In this document: positions 38,336 to 49,422 of the stretch, piece by piece | Position numbering within the stretch: position 1 is the first letter of the stretch | How the letters are laid out: the number at the start of each line of letters is the position of its first letter | Assembly: GCA_044507735.1 (NCBI GenBank) | Contig: JBIQJB010000003.1 | Location: 1 to 64,000 of the forward strand | Reading direction: 5' to 3' | Source: Nitrosopumilales archaeon | Lineage (GTDB): Archaea; Thermoproteota; Nitrososphaeria; Nitrososphaerales; Nitrososphaeraceae | DNA: 64,000 nt | Position numbers and translations under genes: made by a program | The notes under the pieces: model-generated | The model's database searches: none | What the model was told of the DNA's origin: nothing | Seen by the model: the letters and a program-made list of their open reading frames with translations, nothing else

Positions 38336-38522
38336 TACTGCACTCTCACACTTGGATTGTGTGATAATTACCGTTTTAAGTTTTGGTTATAGCCTTTGGA
38401 TAGCGCATTCCTACCATTGATCATCTTTATCCAGCAGCTATCTCTGCCATTCGCCAGCCAGTTAAAGCCCTGTACACTCAAAATATCATGGATTTCGCGC
38501 CATTCCTTCTTTTCTAGCCATG

Positions 38523-39130
38523 CTACGGCTTGACTTTGATGCAGCCATATCCATTGAATATCTGTACTTTATCGACTCTGATTCCTAACCCATTTCCGGT
38601 TGGTTCCTGAATATCTTTCACACAAACAGCCGCTTGTCTCATCAAACTTTCAACTTTGTTTTCACCCAGATTCAGGCTGATGACCACCGGTTGAGATGGT
38701 GTTTGTCCTATCGCTTGGTATACTCCTATGAAATTGTAGTGAATCCACATAGCATCAAGCAATTCCCGCGCGGCCTCTGCTACAGCGTTCAGTGGCGTGT
38801 AAACAGCATTTCGCTTAGCCACCAGTCCTCGATAATAATTAGAGATGGTCAACGGATATGTTCCTTCTGCCACAATATTCTCGAGATAGTGCTAATAGTG
38901 CTACCATCTCAAGATACATGCGACGAATAAATTGTCGTGAATTGGTTAATTGCAGTACCTTAGGCTTTGATGATTTCCTTGATCAGATTTACATCATATT
39001 TGACTTGGTACGCGTAGACATCCGGAACGCCTTCCATAATGCCCCTGTGACCATTGTGTCCACAAACATATCGAGGGCGCAAGCCTTCGGAAGCAATTCG
39101 TTGGTCAAGTTCTTCCACCATGCAAGTTCC
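38523..39130 (-). mobile_element. Decayed DDE transposase (IS6/IS1-like) remnant
   Basis: Fragments WIHYNFI...GQTP.....LNLGENK.ESL and QKEHIR across frames, with many stops. Confidence 0.55.
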
Positions 39131-39624
39131 ACGCATTCATCAAACCTTATTTTGATAGGCGAATGAATACCGATCTGTGATGCACCCCATACCACCATGT
39201 CCATGCTTTCGTATGTTTCATCTCTTTCATGAAGTTTCGTGCCTGTCAAGTAGAGTAAAATGTTATACTGCCTGAAACACTGTACAACAGTGTGAAGACT
39301 CGTGAGAAACCAAGATTTGTATGAAAACTCTACTGAGATTTTCAAGAATTATTTCATATATCATGCCACGCTAGAAGTGCCAAGGTTTCCAAGGTTTCGC
39401 AATTAAATAAAATGCGAAAGTACGAGCCTTTGCTTGATTCCTGTATCGTGCTCGGTCATAGCCGTTAAGAAGAAACGAAATACAACCCCTCTATTCCGAG
39501 TCATCATCTAATCCACTATTAGTATTTTTATTAGCATTCTTAGGGCATTTTGCTTGAATCTTACAAAAAGATTACTCTTACCTAATGCTTATAGGCAAAT
39601 TTCTGTTTAATGTAATCAATTACT

Positions 39625-42600
39625 ATGAGCCAACGAGCTGCAGCTGAGACCAGCAAGAGCGAACTGATCGAAGTATCCTACCTCGTTATAGATTCAAAAG
39701 ATAAGGATTCAATTGCAGAGACTCTTGAATCATTTGCCACATCTATAAATGTCCAGTACAAAGAGGACGGCAGTGAATTGCCGTATGTTCCTTTTCCTAA
39801 CTTTGAAAAGGCAAATGCAGCAACAAAGTTATTCCTGTACGGACCAAGTGGATGCGGCAAGTCAAAGACCATCTTTGAGATCATCAGACGTCGAATTCCG
39901 AATCTTTCAAGAATAATCGTAATCAACCCGAGGCAGATTGTCGGAGAACGGTCGGGCAGAATGAATCTTACAGAATTATTAAGATCGATCGATAAGGAAA
40001 AAGATGCGGTTGTGTGGGATAACTTCCCTGACGATCTAATCAAGCGCGATGTCAAAAGCGCACTTTATGTTCTTGAAATGATCAGTTCTTTGGAACTGAC
40101 TCATCTTCTCTTAGCTCTCAAACCAAAGTATCTTGAATTGTATAGTAACATTGTTCAGAACATTCCTGAATTTGAGGCGATCCAAATCGGATATGACCTT
40201 GGTACCTTTAGGAATATCTTTAGGTCGTTAGGACTTGAAAATAACCGATATGCAGATGCTTATTACAAGTATGTAAATAATGATCTTGAGCGGATTTCCA
40301 GAATTCTCTGGCAGAAGGAACCGCTTCCGCTTACCATTTTAGATTATTGCAGAGTTTTGGGTGCCTCCGGCTCAGATCAGTACAACGAAACCGCAATATC
40401 CTCGCATATTGGTATCTCGGTGGCTGAGAAGTTACCAAGGCGTACTGCTTACTACGAAGAACAGTTTAAGTTCATCAGTTTTTCGGATTCCAGACTGGCC
40501 AGCATCGAATTCTTGTACACTTTGAAGCTGTGCTACGATCTTGGATTAGCTAGATCGCCAGAAGCATTGGAGAAGTTGCAACAGGGCATTTTTCGTAGCA
40601 ACCCACCAAGAGAACCATTACGCGAGCTTGCCACTTGGCTATATCTCTCTGGTGTTCATTATTCAATGCACGACGTCTGCAAGGACGCCATAACAATTCC
40701 TGAAGATATAAAACTGAAGATTCTCAGATACTTGGTTGATAGCTTTGAAATTATTGTTCCAAGCGAGGAGAGTGTAATCTTTTCGTTTGGAATTTTCTTT
40801 GGCAGAAACATCCAATATGTGCCAAAGGACGCTTCCCAGCCATTTCTACCGGATAAGATTTATTCATACATGAAAAAGAAACGTAATTTTGAAACAGGAT
40901 TTGGGCTTGGGATTGCTGAGTCATTTCTTGGTCTTGATGAAAACCTCCAAAAGGAGATACTCAAGAGAGTGGAAGTAGATATAGAATTTGCTCGAGGATT
41001 AGCGGACGGACTCGGGCACAATTTCATTTCACTGGATCAATCTGCTCAGTATCAGATTCTAAACAGAATCACTTCAGGCTTGCCTTTTGCCAGGTTTTTT
41101 GGAGAGAGCTTGGGCCGCATGTTTGGACAGATGTCTGAAGATCTTCAGAATGAAATCTTTTCAAGAATTGAAGGCAATGTGCAATTCGCAGATGGCATAG
41201 GAATGGGTATAGGTTATGTTCTAAGCTCATTGCCACCTTCATTGCAAGAGTTAGTATTTGCAAGAGCTATCAAGAACAGCGAGTTTACAAGAGGATTGGG
41301 ATATGGAATCGCACGCAATTTCTCAAGCCTGTCAAACGAGCTTCAAGCGCAAATGTTTGAAAGAGCTGAGACAAATACTGAATTTGCAAAAGGATTGGGG
41401 ACAGGTTTTGGATTTGTATTTAAAGATCTGGATTCTTCATTTCAGCAAAATTTACTTGATCGGGCAGAGGCAAACAGCGAATTTGCATATGGATTGGGGA
41501 TATACCTAGGATTTACTTTCAGCTATCTCGGTGACGCACTCCGTGATAGCATATTTAAAACGATTAGTCACGACGGTGAGCTCTCATACGGTTTGGGCAT
41601 GGGACTGGGCTACACATTTTCATATCTAAGCGAGGAAAACCAAGCAAGGGTACTGAGCATAGCCCAAGTGAATGTAAAGTTCGCATATGGATTGGGATCC
41701 GGCTTTGGATTTACATATAAGCACATTCCACCAAAGAAGCAGTTCGAGCTTTTTGCTTTGGCTAACAGCAATGTAAAGTTCGCATATGGATTGGGTTTTG
41801 GACTAGGGTTTACATTTGCATACCTTGGGGAGGAATTACAGCGGAAAGCGTTTGAATGGATAGAGAAGAATGAAGAGCTGGCATTGGGACTGGGTTATGG
41901 TTTTGGCTTCACTCTCAAATTCTTGCCTGAAGATTTGCTCAACACCATTCTTCTGAAAGCTGCCTCAAACAGTGAATTTTCAGTTGGGCTAGGATTCGGC
42001 GCAGGTTACATATTTTCATATCTCGACGATGCTCTGCAGGAGACGGTTTTTGAGTGGGCTCGATCGAATAACAGGTTAGCAATCGGTCTTGGCATGGGTT
42101 TGGGTCGAATCTTTAGATATCTGCCCGAAGATGTGAAAGAGAACGTCATCTATCCGATGATAAAATCAGATTCGCAATTCTCTATTGGCCTGGGCTTCGG
42201 CATGGGATACATATTCACATACTCGGGCTCGACAGTTCAATCTGAAGCTTTCAAGTTTGCAGAGGAAAGCGCAGATTTCTCAAAAAGGACTTGGCGTCGG
42301 CCTTGGCTTTTCATACAAATATCTACCAGACGACATTATTCAGAAGCTCACCACCAAGTCAGAAACAAACTTGCAGCTTGGTTTGGGTCTTGCGCTCGGA
42401 ATAGGATATACAATTGCATATCTGGAGGTTGAAGAAGCACAGAAGATGTTTCGCAGAGCAGAGAAAAATGTCCCATATGCCATAGGTCTCGGCGATGGCA
42501 CAGGGAGATGCTTCAGGTACCTGAATGATAAACTGAAAAAACAAGTTCTCGATATGGTTTCTAAACTCGAGGGTTTTGCGCGTGGATTTGGCACTGGCAT

Positions 42601-43633
42601 GGGATATGTTTTCAATTATCAAGAATCCGACACTAGGACCATGGTAACCACACTCTCCGAAAAGAACCCTCAATTTGCAATTGGGCTTGGCTCGGGTCTT
42701 GGACACACACTACAATTCATGAGCACGGAGGCAAGAGACGAAATCATTGCAATGGCTAATAGAAACAAGTATTTGGCACGCGGACTTGGAGAAGGAATCG
42801 GTCAGTGTATTCAATACATATCGGCGGCCCTGCAAGAACAAGTGCTAAGTACGACATTCCAAAACCCGGATTTTACAAGGGGGCTGGGCACAGGTCTGGG
42901 CCTTACAATGTTTTCCAAGCAGTCAGAGATGAAATCAGAATTGCTGCAAAGGGCACGTAATGATATTCACTTGGCGACGGGAATTGGGATAGGGTTGGGA
43001 TATATTTTCGCATACACCTCGTCTGATGATCAAGATATTGTCGTCAAGATGGCAAATGAGAACAGCTCTGTGAGTTATGGGATCGGAATTGGCATTGGCC
43101 ATGTCCTTACATCCCAGACAATTCGAGCGAATCTGTCAAAGTTCAGGTCGTTGGCAAATATCAACAAGAATTTTGCAAGCGGGCTGGGGCTGGGATTTGG
43201 AAATAACTTTTTCTCTTTTGATGAAAACTCGCAGGAAGAGATTCTAGGAATGCTTCAGAACAATAAGGATTTTTCTAGCTCTTTTGGACTGGGCTTGGGC
43301 AAAGCTTTTGCCGGCCTTGACAACCTTATGCATAAAGAACTCCTCGAAATCGCCGTCACTAGAAGCTACCCGGGTTTTGGCGAGGGATTAGGAAGGGGAC
43401 TAGGCAGCAATTACTCTTCTCTGCCGGAAGATCTCCAATGCGAAATACTCGACATTGTAGAGTCTGAGACAAGAAGTATCTCTAATTTACATGAATCTGA
43501 ATTTGTGGAGGGACTTGGGCTAGCTCTTGGACAAAGTTTCAAATATCTCAACCCAGGGATTCAGGCCCAGATCAACGACTTAGCGCAGAGAAATGCAATT
43601 TTCGCTTCCAGCCTAAAGCTGCCCTGTAATTAG
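39625..43633 (+). CDS. Large P-loop NTPase with about 27 33-aa Gly-rich helical repeats; split by one extra A at 42282-42286
   Basis: GPSGCGKS Walker A, VVWD Walker B-like; repeat FAxGLGxGLGxxFxYL continues in register across ORFs 39625-42432 and 42185-43633. Confidence 0.8.
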
Positions 43634-43704
43634 CTACAATGTACACACGAACTTATTATCTTCTTGTGTTCTACGTATAAGCCTCGAATGGGTCGAAGAT
43701 CCTC

Positions 43705-44466
43705 TTGACAGCAGCAAACGATCCTACGTATTACTTGACTGTGCTAGACGATTTTCCGGTCATGAGTCAAGATTCCGCGTTCTCATTATCTTCGAACATT
43801 TCGTTTGAGGAGGTGCTGTTTCGCGGCCAGCGCGGCAGATTCTGTGTATGTTTCGTAGATATGGCAGACTCAACTGTGGTCACCTCAGGCTTGAGCGACG
43901 TTCAAATGGGCAAGTACTATTCCATCTTCCTAAATTCCCTCGCAACTATTGCAACAAACTTTGGTTCAAGAATTATCAAAAATGCTGGAGATTGTCTAAT
44001 CTGCTATTTTCCGGATACTAGCGATCCTTCAAATTTGCTCTCGTTACAAAATACTCTTGACTGTTTTATGACTATGATTGATGCACGGAAGTTCATGAAT
44101 TCCTTGTTGAAGTCAGAGGGATTGCCACCTGTAAATTCCAGGATAAGCGCAGATTACGGAGAAGTGGAAATTGCTCAATCGGTGACATCTAGGAATGACG
44201 ACCTTTTTGGCTCCACTATGAACTTGTGCGCGAAGATTAATTCCAAGGCGACCTTAAACGGTCTGGCTATTGGAAGCAATCTGTTCAAGGCGCTCAATAT
44301 GCATCAATCATTGATGCAAGATTACAGATTCGAAAATACTGGCAGTTATGCGATTGGAGGCAAGGAAAACTACTCGGTCTACACGGCTTTTAGCCTCAAG
44401 ACTAGGAGCACGATTAACCCTCTCAAGAGGACCGGTGCAATCAGGCCTCCCAATAACAAGGATTGA
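43705..44466 (+). CDS. Class III adenylate/guanylate cyclase domain protein
   Basis: FVDMADST, IIKNAGD, ISADYGEV and DLFGSTMNLCAKIN motifs. Confidence 0.88.
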   Translation: MTAANDPTYYLTVLDDFPVMSQDSAFSLSSNISFEEVLFRGQRGRFCVCFVDMADSTVVTSGLSDVQMGKYYSIFLNSLATIATNFGSRIIKNAGDCLICYFPDTSDPSNLLSLQNTLDCFMTMIDARKFMNSLLKSEGLPPVNSRISADYGEVEIAQSVTSRNDDLFGSTMNLCAKINSKATLNGLAIGSNLFKALNMHQSLMQDYRFENTGSYAIGGKENYSVYTAFSLKTRSTINPLKRTGAIRPPNNKD

Positions 44467-44539
44467 GACTACTACCATTTGATCTAGCATGAAGATATTG
44501 CTGAAAGGCGACCCTTAACCAGTAAAAATGAAAAGGTAT

Positions 44540-46297
44540 CTACCAATAATTTGCCTTGATCTTTTCAATCACTTTTTCATAGTCTGGACCCTTTCGTCTT
44601 GCGTAATTCTCCATGGCCACCAGAGGTATACCACCGAGTGACCTTGCTAGACCTGCGAAGAAAAAATTCACGATACTGCTATTTCGACCGACCTTGTGCA
44701 TGAATTTCTTTATTCCATGTTTATAGTTATGCTGCCAAGTCTTGTAAATTACGCCAAACTGTTCTGGCTTCATGGAACGGCCAACATCGTAAAAGTCGGA
44801 TTTCTCCAAGAGGCCGATCGGAACGAATGTCAATGGCGCCACTGCAAACTTGGAATCAATCTGTTCAGATTCTAGCTCGTGTATCAAATTGATCGTTTCC
44901 CAGCTGTCATCAGGTGTTTCGTCGTTATCAAGTCCCATAATTAGACTGAAGGCCGGGATCCAGTAATTTTCGTTGAGGACCTTCACGCCCTGTTTGACGA
45001 CCCAGTGCCACTCGTCTGGTCTGAAGGGAGTCAGCTTACGGTCAGCGTACTTTTGAATTAGCCTTTTGCTTCCAGTCTCAAGTCCGCATTGAATACCAAT
45101 AAAATTTCTTGGTCCAGAGTGTATTATTTTGGAAATATTGGGAATCAACTTCTCATCAGCAATGGCCCCTGATAAAGTCCCATGCGTAGGATTTGTGTGC
45201 TCGATTCCTGTTGCCATGACACCCTTGAAGAGCTCTTCAATTGCCTCTCTGTTTGGCTGCATGTTCTTTGTTTTTCTGGGATTCATGCCGTAGACAAATA
45301 TGTCATCACTTTGCAGCCATGCGTTCTTTAGCCCTCCGTACTTCATGTTCACTTCAATTTCCTTCTGCACCTTCTCTACCGGATAGTAGCGCAGTGGCCT
45401 CAAAGTCACGTCGCAGAACTTGCACCCCCTTCCGCAGCCGCGCATGACTTCTATCATGCCGTGCATGCTTGGGTTGACGATGTTTGGAATCTCATCGATG
45501 GATGGCTCGTTCCAGTAGTGGATGAACCTGCCATGGAGCGTCCTGTTGTTCCTGATGAACTCTTTAATCTCTACCTTGAACTGGCTCTTCTTGAACGGGT
45601 TGGCCATGTCAAACTCTCCGGCAATGAGGGCGTCAAAGAACGCACCTGCTGCTCCGTCTATCTCCGGGCCAATGCCTCCAAGCTCGCCTTCCAAGATGCC
45701 AAACAGGTCGTATTCCTCGATCTTGGCTGGGTCATAGTTGTACTGCCAAGTGCCCGATCCCCCGACTACAATCTTTGCGTCATTCCCAATCCGCGATTTG
45801 GCGGCAATGATCCGCTCATGCAAACGTCTGCTACATGATTCAGTATAGGATGTAAGTTGGCGACCATACGTAAAAGTCATGGTGACTGGCCCCATACCAA
45901 GTGGATCCATCTCGTAAATTCCTATCACCTCTGTTTCTGAAGTGACAAATTGATCAACGTAATCGGGATTGACAACTGCTATGTCATCCGTTGAATAGCC
46001 GGATTGTAGCAAAGATGATTCTAGTTTCCTGAGACCATAGGGTGCATATCTCGCCAGACCGTTTGTTTGTTCTCCAGAATTACAAAGGAAATCAAACAAT
46101 ATCCTCGGTGTGACCTGGTTTCGAAATAAACTACGCGAAAGCGTTCTGTTTCCCAATACGCAGGACCAAAAAGAATTCTGATTTGAGAAATTGCTAGACT
46201 CCATTGCAGGGAAGCAACCAAGAAACGAAGCAAGTGAAACCCCTCTGTAAGGCGACATCAATGTGCGGTCTGCTGTCAAAATTATTCTTGGCCGCAA
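44540..46297 (-). CDS. B12-binding radical SAM protein, GDGT ring synthase (Grs)-like
   Basis: CGRGCKFC; N-terminal IILTADR, APYGLRKLE and DPLGMGP recall the Grs family as remembered. Confidence 0.75.
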   Translation of the reverse strand: MRPRIILTADRTLMSPYRGVSLASFLGCFPAMESSNFSNQNSFWSCVLGNRTLSRSLFRNQVTPRILFDFLCNSGEQTNGLARYAPYGLRKLESSLLQSGYSTDDIAVVNPDYVDQFVTSETEVIGIYEMDPLGMGPVTMTFTYGRQLTSYTESCSRRLHERIIAAKSRIGNDAKIVVGGSGTWQYNYDPAKIEEYDLFGILEGELGGIGPEIDGAAGAFFDALIAGEFDMANPFKKSQFKVEIKEFIRNNRTLHGRFIHYWNEPSIDEIPNIVNPSMHGMIEVMRGCGRGCKFCDVTLRPLRYYPVEKVQKEIEVNMKYGGLKNAWLQSDDIFVYGMNPRKTKNMQPNREAIEELFKGVMATGIEHTNPTHGTLSGAIADEKLIPNISKIIHSGPRNFIGIQCGLETGSKRLIQKYADRKLTPFRPDEWHWVVKQGVKVLNENYWIPAFSLIMGLDNDETPDDSWETINLIHELESEQIDSKFAVAPLTFVPIGLLEKSDFYDVGRSMKPEQFGVIYKTWQHNYKHGIKKFMHKVGRNSSIVNFFFAGLARSLGGIPLVAMENYARRKGPDYEKVIEKIKANYW

Positions 46298-47001
46298 TCT
46301 TCTCAGTTCTTGAGATTAGAGAACATCAAAGTTTCATTTAAGGATTGTAAGAAATACTACTATTACAATAGCGTGTATTTTTACGTTTCAGTGAGATATG
46401 TCAAGAAAAGATATCCGATATGGAATTTTGACGTGTATTCTGATTTTGTGACCTAGACATAGTTCTCAAATTCAACCGGCAAAGGGTGCCGAAATCGGAA
46501 ACGACATCATCTTACGATCCGACAACTATGAAATTTCAAATCTTCTCTGTCCTTGAAGCCCTTTCGTTGGTCATTTTTCTGTCTTGTGGGAGTCCCCGGG
46601 TTACCCCCTCATCTTCAGATCAGACATTTCATACGGCAGATCGGGTGGTTTGGCATTGGTTCTGATTGTAGCGTCGAATATCTCAGGGCATAACTATCGC
46701 AGCGTTCCGTAGGAAACGCTTTCCATTTCTGGCAATCCGGTTGGATCCTGTCTTCCTTACTCCACAAACGTCCCGCAGAGCTCTTCCATCGGCGGGCCCA
46801 CCATACCAATTTTAGAGAAAAAAATACCACAAGTATGTAGAATATCACTCACGTGTAACGGGTGATGTGTAGGGCATACAGAAACATCACAGATGGGTTC
46901 ACAGGTCACCGCATTTCTGCAGCTCTTCTTCCTGGATTGATATTATTTCGAATTCTCATCTTTTCATTGACGAAACCCACAGTTATGCAATTCTAAAATA
47001 G

Positions 47002-47075
47002 TGGGCCCAAGGGGGTTTGAACCCCTGGCCGACCGGTTATGAGCCGGTCGCTCTGCCAGGCTGAGCTATGGGCCC
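47002..47075 (-). tRNA. tRNA-Ile(CAT) (Ile2)
   Basis: GGGCCCA acceptor stem, ACCGG-CT-CAT-AA-CCGGT, GGTTCAAAC; the GGGCCC stem favours Ile2 over Met. Confidence 0.88.
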
Positions 47076-47128
47076 AATCGAACATTCCTAAAATTAGAGT
47101 ATGTATAAAGGTTTGGCGATTTACGACA

Positions 47129-47788
47129 TCAGCAGTTCTTCATGCTGCTGTCGCCAACATATTTCTCCTGAACCGAGTCCAGCAGCATGTGCTGCGCGTT
47201 GAGCGATTCCACAGCCGCCGCAAACGCCGCCTCCTGCCTGTCAGATGGGATCTTTTGCAAAATTTCTCTCCAGACCTGCGCATGTCTGACGTCCACCTCT
47301 TCATGGATCTCAAAGTATTTCGTGGCGTCTTCGCTGCTCATGCCGTAGAATTTTTTCAGCCCGTCGATCTTGCTTCTGCTTATCTTGGGAAGCTCCATCT
47401 CGTAGGCATACATGGCCGCAACGGCTTCCTCAAACGAGGACCTAGAGAGAGCCATCATTTTGGCAACGGCAGCGTTTGTCTTTGGAGTCCCATCGTAGTC
47501 AACAAGCTCATTCCTTGAAACGCCAAGAGCCTTGGCGAACCTGATCCATGGCTCGATGTGTTCGGCCTCTTCCTTTGCGTTGACGGTGATATCAGGATTA
47601 TTATTATCGGTCAGGCTTGCAATGCCCTCGACAAAGCTTGGCACCGCCTTGACCAGCTGGAAATATTCCTTTGAATAACCGCGAAGATGATCGATCGTTA
47701 GCTTACCTTCAGACCACATTTGGTAGAAAGAGTGCTTTAGAAGGCTGCGCTTCTCAATTTCCGAATCGATCTTCTGGACAATATTCAT
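47129..47788 (-). CDS. CADD/PqqC/TenA-like heme-oxygenase-like diiron protein
   Basis: LLKHSFYQMWSEGKL, EEAEHIEPW, YAYE...P.I...K..GL, YFEIHEEVD.RH. Confidence 0.85.
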   Translation of the reverse strand: MNIVQKIDSEIEKRSLLKHSFYQMWSEGKLTIDHLRGYSKEYFQLVKAVPSFVEGIASLTDNNNPDITVNAKEEAEHIEPWIRFAKALGVSRNELVDYDGTPKTNAAVAKMMALSRSSFEEAVAAMYAYEMELPKISRSKIDGLKKFYGMSSEDATKYFEIHEEVDVRHAQVWREILQKIPSDRQEAAFAAAVESLNAQHMLLDSVQEKYVGDSSMKNC

Positions 47789-47877
47789 AGGTGATCTCTT
47801 TTCCCCCTCATTCAAAAACCTTGCGAAATTTTCGCAGGAAAGGATTTTATGTGAAGGTTTTTACAAACTTTGCGAGT

Positions 47878-47976
47878 GCTCCGGTGGTGTAGTAGCCCAT
47901 CTTGTGGCTGCACAGTCCGGTCAAGCATTGTGGCCTTTCAAGTCGCAGATCCCGGGTTCAAATCCCGGCCGGAGCA
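47878..47976 (+). tRNA. tRNA-Glu(TTC) with a 23-nt D-loop intron (about 47893-47915)
   Basis: GCTCCGG/CCGGAGC acceptor stem, CT-TTC-AA loop, GGTTCAAATCC; removing the insert restores GTGTAGTCCGGTCAAGCAT. Confidence 0.88.
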
Positions 47977-48042
47977 CTTTACTACTATAGCATTAAATTA
48001 ATATTGACACCTCTTGAAGTATCCTCAGGAATAGAGCGGGTA

Positions 48043-48909
48043 TTGAGCAGGAGGAACAACAACATCGGGGCCAACCCATTAACCGAGCAATTTGCTGACA
48101 CTCTTTCAAAAATCGAGGATGCTCTTGTGCGCGAACTTGACCTATATTCCTGGTCTGAATTCCACGCCCCGCTTCGCTATGCCTGCGATGGAGGCAAGCG
48201 AATAAGGCCATTAATACTGGTGCTTTCGGCAGAAGCCATCAACTCAAAAAAGCCAAGCCAGGACGCATATCTTGCCGCTTCGGCAATAGAGCTCCTTCAC
48301 ACCGAGTCGATAATCCATGACGACATTATTGACGAGGAGAACCAGCGCAGAGGAAAGCCATCATTTCACATCAAGTATGGTTACAATAGCAGCATCCTCA
48401 CTGCAGACTTTGTGCTTGGCATAATACTCAACATCGGCTCAAAGCTGAAGGATCCGCGCATCATAAACGAGCTATCGAACGCGGCCACCAGGATGAGCGA
48501 AGGCGAGATGATGGAGATAAGGCTCAACAAGTCCCCTGACATCACGGAGGACGATTATATCAAAGTGCTCGAGTTCAAGACTGCGTCACTCTTTGAGGCA
48601 TCTGCAAAGGTGGGTGCCATAATCAGCGGCGGCAACGACGACCAGATCCGCGCCATGACATCGTTTGGGAACCTGCTTGGAATTGCTTACCAGATACATG
48701 ACGACCTCATTGACTGGAACAACGAAAACAGGCTCTTCAACATGCTCGTCAGAAAGAACGGCAGGTCGGATGACCTAGTTGACCACATGGAAAAGCTATA
48801 CCAGTCCTATGCTGCCAAGGCCAAGAACGAGCTCCGCAAGATTTCAACTGACAACGAAGCCAAGCGTCATCTGGAACACTTGACTGATTTGGCATCGGTG
48901 CAGTTTTGA
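48043..48909 (+). CDS. Polyprenyl diphosphate synthase (GGPP synthase-like)
   Basis: GGKRIRP, HDDIID...RRG, KTA and YQIHDDLID motifs. Confidence 0.92.
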   Translation: MSRRNNNIGANPLTEQFADTLSKIEDALVRELDLYSWSEFHAPLRYACDGGKRIRPLILVLSAEAINSKKPSQDAYLAASAIELLHTESIIHDDIIDEENQRRGKPSFHIKYGYNSSILTADFVLGIILNIGSKLKDPRIINELSNAATRMSEGEMMEIRLNKSPDITEDDYIKVLEFKTASLFEASAKVGAIISGGNDDQIRAMTSFGNLLGIAYQIHDDLIDWNNENRLFNMLVRKNGRSDDLVDHMEKLYQSYAAKAKNELRKISTDNEAKRHLEHLTDLASVQF

Positions 48910-49422
48910 AGTAGAGCCATTCTAGCATAGTATCAGAGTACCTGATCTTTGGTGCTCTCTGCAGCCTTTAAGTGTATCAACAGGATCACCACACAAGATG
49001 GGCCAGGCAAGCGCATGTGCCAAATGCTCATGCTCAATATTTGCATTGCAATAAAGTTTAACAGCCATCCCCTGTGTTTATGCGTGCGCCTGTTTTCGCC
49101 AGCTGTCAACAAGGGTTCTGGCTGGCAGGGATTTGGATTTTCCGCCATTCGCACAGAGATGTTGTGTCTTATGTGCGACTTGTACTGAGTAGATTCAAGA
49201 ACTTCACACATCATAAATCTTGCGCGAACCAGCCGTGCTACGGGGCGCTCTACTGAAAGCGCGTGTATGACAGCCGTGAATTTGAAAGAACAAATGCACA
49301 ATTTGCCATCTCCAAGAAAAAGCAGTGTGCAGGTGAGGCAGCAAGACGGTGGCACTTGGGCACGAGAAAAAATTATGCTCTCACCGCGCCACGGACATTC
49401 AGTCGCAGCAACCACACATGCG

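Noticed and set aside
41671-41795. Exact 26-nt direct repeat 99 bp apart, a possible CRISPR
   Set aside because: It encodes two adjacent 33-aa protein repeats; no CRISPR array was seen anywhere in the window
47902-48042. 5' extension of the polyprenyl synthase ORF
   Set aside because: It overlaps tRNA-Glu; the real start is downstream
48933-49415. 160-aa ORF and overlapping short ORFs between the polyprenyl synthase and nuoN
   Set aside because: No motifs, no clear promoter, atypical composition
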